From the IMG/VR virus record IMGVR_UViG_3300037067_023910: DNA of 20,000 bases; one strand, 5' to 3'. Source of the stretch: an uncultured virus (IMG/VR IMGVR_UViG_3300037067_023910) (lineage: Duplodnaviria; Heunggongvirae; Uroviricota; Caudoviricetes). The notes below the pieces were generated by a model that did no database searches, was not told where the DNA came from, and saw only the letters and a program-made list of their open reading frames with translations. Below, in pieces: positions 16,324 through 20,000 of this stretch (position 1 is its first letter; each line of letters begins with the position of its first letter). The position numbers were made by a program, and so were the translations under genes.

Positions 16324-16541
16324 GAGAAAAGGGGCGAATATTTTCAACTGACTTGGTGTTTTTACCTTTCAAACCATAGAAAATAATGCTTTTTTAGGCG
16401 AAATACCCTATGGTAAAAACGCTCAAAAACCCGCGGACGCCGTAGGCTAATTATAAGATTACTCCTAATTACCTCCAAAAGAAACTAAAAAAGGTCAATG
16501 CCACGGGGCAGACCGGCCCAAATTTGGGCGTAGGAGTAAGC

Positions 16542-16592
16542 AAAAACTGAACAAAAATGTACCGATTTTCTGACCCGTTTTGGTCAGAAAAT
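16542..16592 (+). repeat. 23-bp direct repeat copy 2, followed by a perfect 11-6-11 inverted repeat
   Basis: 16542-16564, then ATTTTCTGACC-cgtttt-GGTCAGAAAAT (16565-16592). Confidence 0.9.
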
Positions 16593-16700
16593 AGACGGGC
16601 TACAGAGAAAAAAAAGACCAAAAGCCCAGAGATAGAAGGGGAGATGTGGTCCAGGGTAGGAAGAGAAAAAAGGGATAATCATTCGAATTATTTTTGCGAC

Positions 16701-16835
16701 TTACATTAAACTGCTTTTCAGGTCTTTTAATCGTTCACATAATTTCTCAAAGTCTTCTTTTGATAAATTAAGTAAGTAGGGCCCTGTGATTAGTTGAACT
16801 TCGATTTTGATATTTGATTCGACGCCACTGGTCAT
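16701..16835 (-). CDS. Small hypothetical protein (44 aa)
   Basis: SD GAGGTGA before ATG 16835; MTSGVESNIKIEVQLI... Confidence 0.65.
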   Translation of the reverse strand: MTSGVESNIKIEVQLITGPYLLNLSKEDFEKLCERLKDLKSSLM

Positions 16836-17009
16836 ATTTTTCACCTCGGTTATAGGATGAATTCTGGAGCTTGTTGTTTGTCTCCATGTCAAGTAACGAG
16901 AAACAAAATATATCCTTTTCCCTGGAAATTTATCGTAGGGGCAATAATCAAAAACGGATTAAAAAACAGGGGCTCCGGGGGACCATGTGCCCCCCCTCAT
17001 TGCCTGCAA

Positions 17010-17220
17010 TAAAAAAGAAAATATTTCCTTAAGCTAAGGAATAGTAAGATGGGGCACTTACGCCTGCTTGGCCCAAAGTCAGCGACCATGGACCCTTTTT
17101 AACGTGCCCGGCATTGTATAATGGCCCTTCAAACGGAAGGGAATAAATGCCCTTTTAGAGTGGGCTAACTCGGAGTGGACATGGAAAAGGTGCTAAGCTC
17201 GTAACGGGAGTTCTACCTTC
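17010..17220 (-). ncRNA. Candidate stand-alone structured ncRNA (~200 nt)
   Basis: TATA TTTAAATA at 17243-17236; no ORF; stems 17125-17141 and 17052-17109; terminal hairpin 17025-17041 followed by a U-tract. Confidence 0.45.
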
Positions 17221-17271
17221 ATTACATGATAGGTCTATTTAAACCTAAATATTAACGGGGCATTATCACCA

Positions 17272-18069
17272 TCACCGAATTTGGCCATAGACTTGGGCGA
17301 ACCCCGTCTGGAAGGCCGACCACGGCGTGACCTCCACCCGGGTCTCTTTAATGGCAGTTTTACAATGGCCGATATGCTGGGCATCGATCAATGCCAGTAA
17401 AAAGGGTTTGTGGGTATACCGCCCGGCCCGTTTAGCCAGTTCTTTTTCAATCGACAAAGGCATGGGAATAGTATAGACCCCCGCTGCTTCCATGGCCCGG
17501 ACTTGGGCCATAAAAAGCTGCGACCCTTTCGCATAATCTTTAGTCCCATTGAGGGGCACATGATAGACCACTTCAAAGGGGGACCCCGCTAAGAGGTTCG
17601 CATAGTGCAAGATAAAATAGTGGTGGCTGCCCCCGAAGTAAAAGACGACTTGCCGGGTAGGTTGGGCCTGTTTAATTTTTAACAAAAAATGGGACAACCG
17701 GTCGATAAAGATAAACTCGCCCTGGACCGATAAAAACTCGATCGGGAGGTTGTAGTCCGGGCGGAGGGGGTCGGCTTCGAGGCGATAGGGGATCACAGTA
17801 CACGGTTCGGACAAAATGACCTTTTCATTGAGGGGGTCTTCCCGGATTGCCTTTAAAAACTGGTGGGAAGTGCTTTCGGAAATGAACTTCCGGCCCCCGT
17901 GGGCCCCCCGAGTTTTGAAGGCCCCGGCACAGGGCAAAAAAAAGAGGCGTTGATTCAAAGGGGGCAAATAGGTCATACTCACATAAAGCCACCACTGAAT
18001 GTTCTCCAATGTGAGGAATGATGCATTGACCGGGTCATTGTTTTGTGTTTGCAGGAGTTTTCGGGGCAT
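17272..18069 (-). CDS. Stand-alone ArcS core / DUF5591-like protein
   Basis: FFLPC-x13-KFISESTSH...KVILSEPCTVIPYRLE...DYNLP matches the ArcS pattern PC-x3-KPY-x2-S-x2-H...VIVTSPLGLVPRELE...YDIP with a 10-aa insertion. Confidence 0.7.
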   Translation of the reverse strand: MPRKLLQTQNNDPVNASFLTLENIQWWLYVSMTYLPPLNQRLFFLPCAGAFKTRGAHGGRKFISESTSHQFLKAIREDPLNEKVILSEPCTVIPYRLEADPLRPDYNLPIEFLSVQGEFIFIDRLSHFLLKIKQAQPTRQVVFYFGGSHHYFILHYANLLAGSPFEVVYHVPLNGTKDYAKGSQLFMAQVRAMEAAGVYTIPMPLSIEKELAKRAGRYTHKPFLLALIDAQHIGHCKTAIKETRVEVTPWSAFQTGFAQVYGQIR

Positions 18070-18424
18070 ATTCTCCGACCTCGTTGAAGGCATCGTTTAC
18101 AGCTTTGTGGGAAATGGCTTCCCGCCATTGGTCGATTAAGCCATGGGTCTTCCGGTGGGTTTCTCGGTTATATTCCGCCGCAACTTTCGACGACCAGATC
18201 TCGCCTATGCCGCATTCACAGATAAATTGCCACCGCCCATCGCCCAATAAAAAGAGCCCCGGCTTTCCGCCATGGGTCTTTTCAAAAAAGATGTTGGCCT
18301 TGGGAGGCGGGGGGTCAGGGGCCCAGAGCCCGGCCCCACATGAGGGGCAGAAAAACGGGCCGTCGACATAGACGACCTCGTGCCACTGGCATAAGGGGCA
18401 CTTCAGTTTTTTGAGTTCACCCAT
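18035..18424 (-). CDS. Multi-Zn-finger protein
   Basis: CPLC, CPSC and C2H2-like CEC...H-x3-H. Confidence 0.75.
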   Translation of the reverse strand: MGELKKLKCPLCQWHEVVYVDGPFFCPSCGAGLWAPDPPPPKANIFFEKTHGGKPGLFLLGDGRWQFICECGIGEIWSSKVAAEYNRETHRKTHGLIDQWREAISHKAVNDAFNEVGEYAPKTPANTKQ

Positions 18425-18426
18425 AA

Positions 18427-18609
18427 TTAGGTCGAAACCTCCTCACAAGATTCACAAGGGACCCCTTTTTGTTTCGCTCTTGGGCATTGGGAGCTGTGGC
18501 ATATCCACTTGGGGATGGACTTATGTAGGGGCTGACAATACCCGACCAGTTGAAATGCGTCAATAAAGACCCTCGCTTCCACATTCGGGCCCAAAAAGCG
18601 ACAACTCAT
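18427..18609 (-). CDS. Small Cys-rich protein (60 aa)
   Basis: Six Cys; ATGA overlap with the upstream gene. Confidence 0.6.
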   Translation of the reverse strand: MSCRFLGPNVEARVFIDAFQLVGYCQPLHKSIPKWICHSSQCPRAKQKGVPCESCEEVST

Positions 18610-20000
18610 GCTTTCTCCCCCACTTGCGGGGCCGAGTTCCCAGGCCCGTTGAATTTTTTGGCGGGTTTATAGAACACCACCGCGGGTTTCATTTGTTTCG
18701 GCTCAATGGTCTCCACCAAATAATCTTCCCTCCACTCGACATTAAGTTCGGCAAAATAAAACGGCACCCCAAGTTTGACCGCTTCATCATATTCTGCCCT
18801 ACAATCATCGGGGACGGCAAAGCGAATGGTCTTTTCGGCGGTCTGTTTACATTTGAGCTGATAGATCCGCCCTTGGTGGTCGATAAAATCCGGCGTACTA
18901 TTGTTATGGGCCGTTTTCCCCCGGGCATCGCCCCCATGGGTCAAGGCAAACCAGTCTTCAAACAAATACCCCGCCGCTAAATTCGGATAATTCGGGATGT
19001 CCCCTATTTTAAACGCTTTTAAGAGGGGTTGGACTTGGTTACGGGAAATATGCAATGTTGTGGGAATATCCCGCGTGGAAGCCCCTTTGGCCCAGAGATA
19101 TATGATGTCCGCCCATTCTTTATTAATGGGGCGGGTTGTGTCCCGGCAAAATTCCGCGAAGGTAATCGAAGGGGGCATGGTCGTTGTCGTTAGGGCTGTC
19201 CCACTTGTTCCATCTAATTTTGCCGCCAGCTGATTAACTTCCGCAGTGAGTTGGTCAGAGAGCCGTTGGAGTTTTTCCGCTTGGATTTTTTTATCCCACA
19301 TCCGGTAGTTCAGTTCATCAACAATCATTGGGATGATTGCTTGGGCATCATAATAGAGTTCCAAGTGTTTATTATGAAGCCACCCCCGGAACAAGCTGGC
19401 TGAAATACTTTTTTCGATTGCGGGATGTTCGGTAACAAAGAGGTCTGACGCTTTTTGGACCATTTCATTATCTTTTTCAAAGTCTTCAAATTCCGCGTCC
19501 AGGTTAACATCTTCATACGCTTTCGAGAGTTCTTCATTCCACCATGGGACATAATCATATAAGTCCAAGTCGACAAAGCCTTTTTCAATCAATTGCCCGA
19601 CTTTCCCATTCGCATCAACCGAAGCAAACCGCGAATAGGTCGACTGAAAAATGGCCTTTCGCATTTTCTCAGGGTGATATAATTTCTTAATCAATGCCGC
19701 AAAATCTTTGGCGAATACGTCATCACTTTCCCGGATCGCATCAAAGGTATTACCCTTATAAAATCGGAGGTCGGTCATCATCCGCATATTTTTGGTGACG
19801 TTTTCGATCTGGGTATTATAAATTAAGGTAATATTTTGTTGCCTGGAAATGGAGATCATTTTTTCCAACCTGCGGGCCGCTTTGGTCAAAGCTTGTTTCG
19901 CGTTCAAGTCCCTTTGCCCTTCATCAAATAAGAGGATGATAAATTTATATCGTTGTTTGATACGGGTCAAATCCCGGAGACGGATAATATTAAACGCATG
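18606..20000 (-). CDS. FtsK/HerA/Zot-like P-loop ATPase fused to HTH and PD-(D/E)xK nuclease-like domains (5' end outside the window)
   Basis: Frame open to base 20000; Walker B IILLFDEGQ, Arg finger ISRQ, IYNTQ; HTH IIYLWAKGASTRDIPTTLHISRNQV; GYLFE...PDF...YQLK. Confidence 0.75.
   Translation of the reverse strand, partial: HAFNIIRLRDLTRIKQRYKFIILLFDEGQRDLNAKQALTKAARRLEKMISISRQQNITLIYNTQIENVTKNMRMMTDLRFYKGNTFDAIRESDDVFAKDFAALIKKLYHPEKMRKAIFQSTYSRFASVDANGKVGQLIEKGFVDLDLYDYVPWWNEELSKAYEDVNLDAEFEDFEKDNEMVQKASDLFVTEHPAIEKSISASLFRGWLHNKHLELYYDAQAIIPMIVDELNYRMWDKKIQAEKLQRLSDQLTAEVNQLAAKLDGTSGTALTTTTMPPSITFAEFCRDTTRPINKEWADIIYLWAKGASTRDIPTTLHISRNQVQPLLKAFKIGDIPNYPNLAAGYLFEDWFALTHGGDARGKTAHNNSTPDFIDHQGRIYQLKCKQTAEKTIRFAVPDDCRAEYDEAVKLGVPFYFAELNVEWREDYLVETIEPKQMKPAVVFYKPAKKFNGPGNSAPQVGEKA

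Larger units (their letters stand above)
1..20000. mobile_element. Segment of an archaeal (probably Asgard/Lokiarchaeia) plasmid or provirus
   Basis: No core genes; ArdC, FtsK/HerA/Zot-type ATPase, dense small DNA-binding and Zn-finger ORFs, strong strand bias, iteron-like repeats; archaeal SD (GGTGA) and TATA boxes; Loki-CTERM-like tail. No integrase, capsid or relaxase is visible, so the element class is unresolved. Confidence 0.8.

Noticed and set aside
14400..16700. oriT with the ArdC array as a canonical leading region
   Set aside because: No relaxase or nic consensus seen, and the array is transcribed away from this region, opposite to the usual leading-region orientation
16900..17270. 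tRNA or SRP RNA
   Set aside because: No T-loop/cloverleaf and no SRP helix 8 motif

Overview
The window looks like part of an archaeal mobile element (plasmid or provirus), probably from an Asgard/Lokiarchaeia-type host. Evidence: GGTGA-type ribosome-binding sites, TTTAAATA/TTTATATA TATA boxes, many small Zn-ribbon, wHTH, RHH and AbrB-like proteins, a Loki-CTERM-like anchored surface protein, an ArdC anti-restriction gene, and no housekeeping genes. Nearly all genes are on the minus strand. Modules from left to right: (1) 1-4.5 kb regulator-rich operon, including an RHH + TFB-cyclin-like fusion and an RRM-like protein behind a structured leader; (2) a divergent pair of AbrB-like paralogs around an operator array; (3) a surface protein; (4) a cluster of paralogous, very basic proteins; (5) a 9.1-14.3 kb array of small genes with ArdC (one-base frameshift), separated by U-tract/hairpin/SD spacers, one of which is a type III hammerhead ribozyme, and headed by a structured ~400-nt leader whose promoter shares 20 identical bp with the AbrB promoter; (6) a 14.4-16.7 kb largely non-coding, repeat-rich origin/centromere-like region; (7) a candidate ncRNA, a minimal ArcS/DUF5591-like gene, Zn-finger genes and a truncated ATPase-HTH-PD-(D/E)xK fusion. 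All family calls come from reading motifs by eye; no searches were run.
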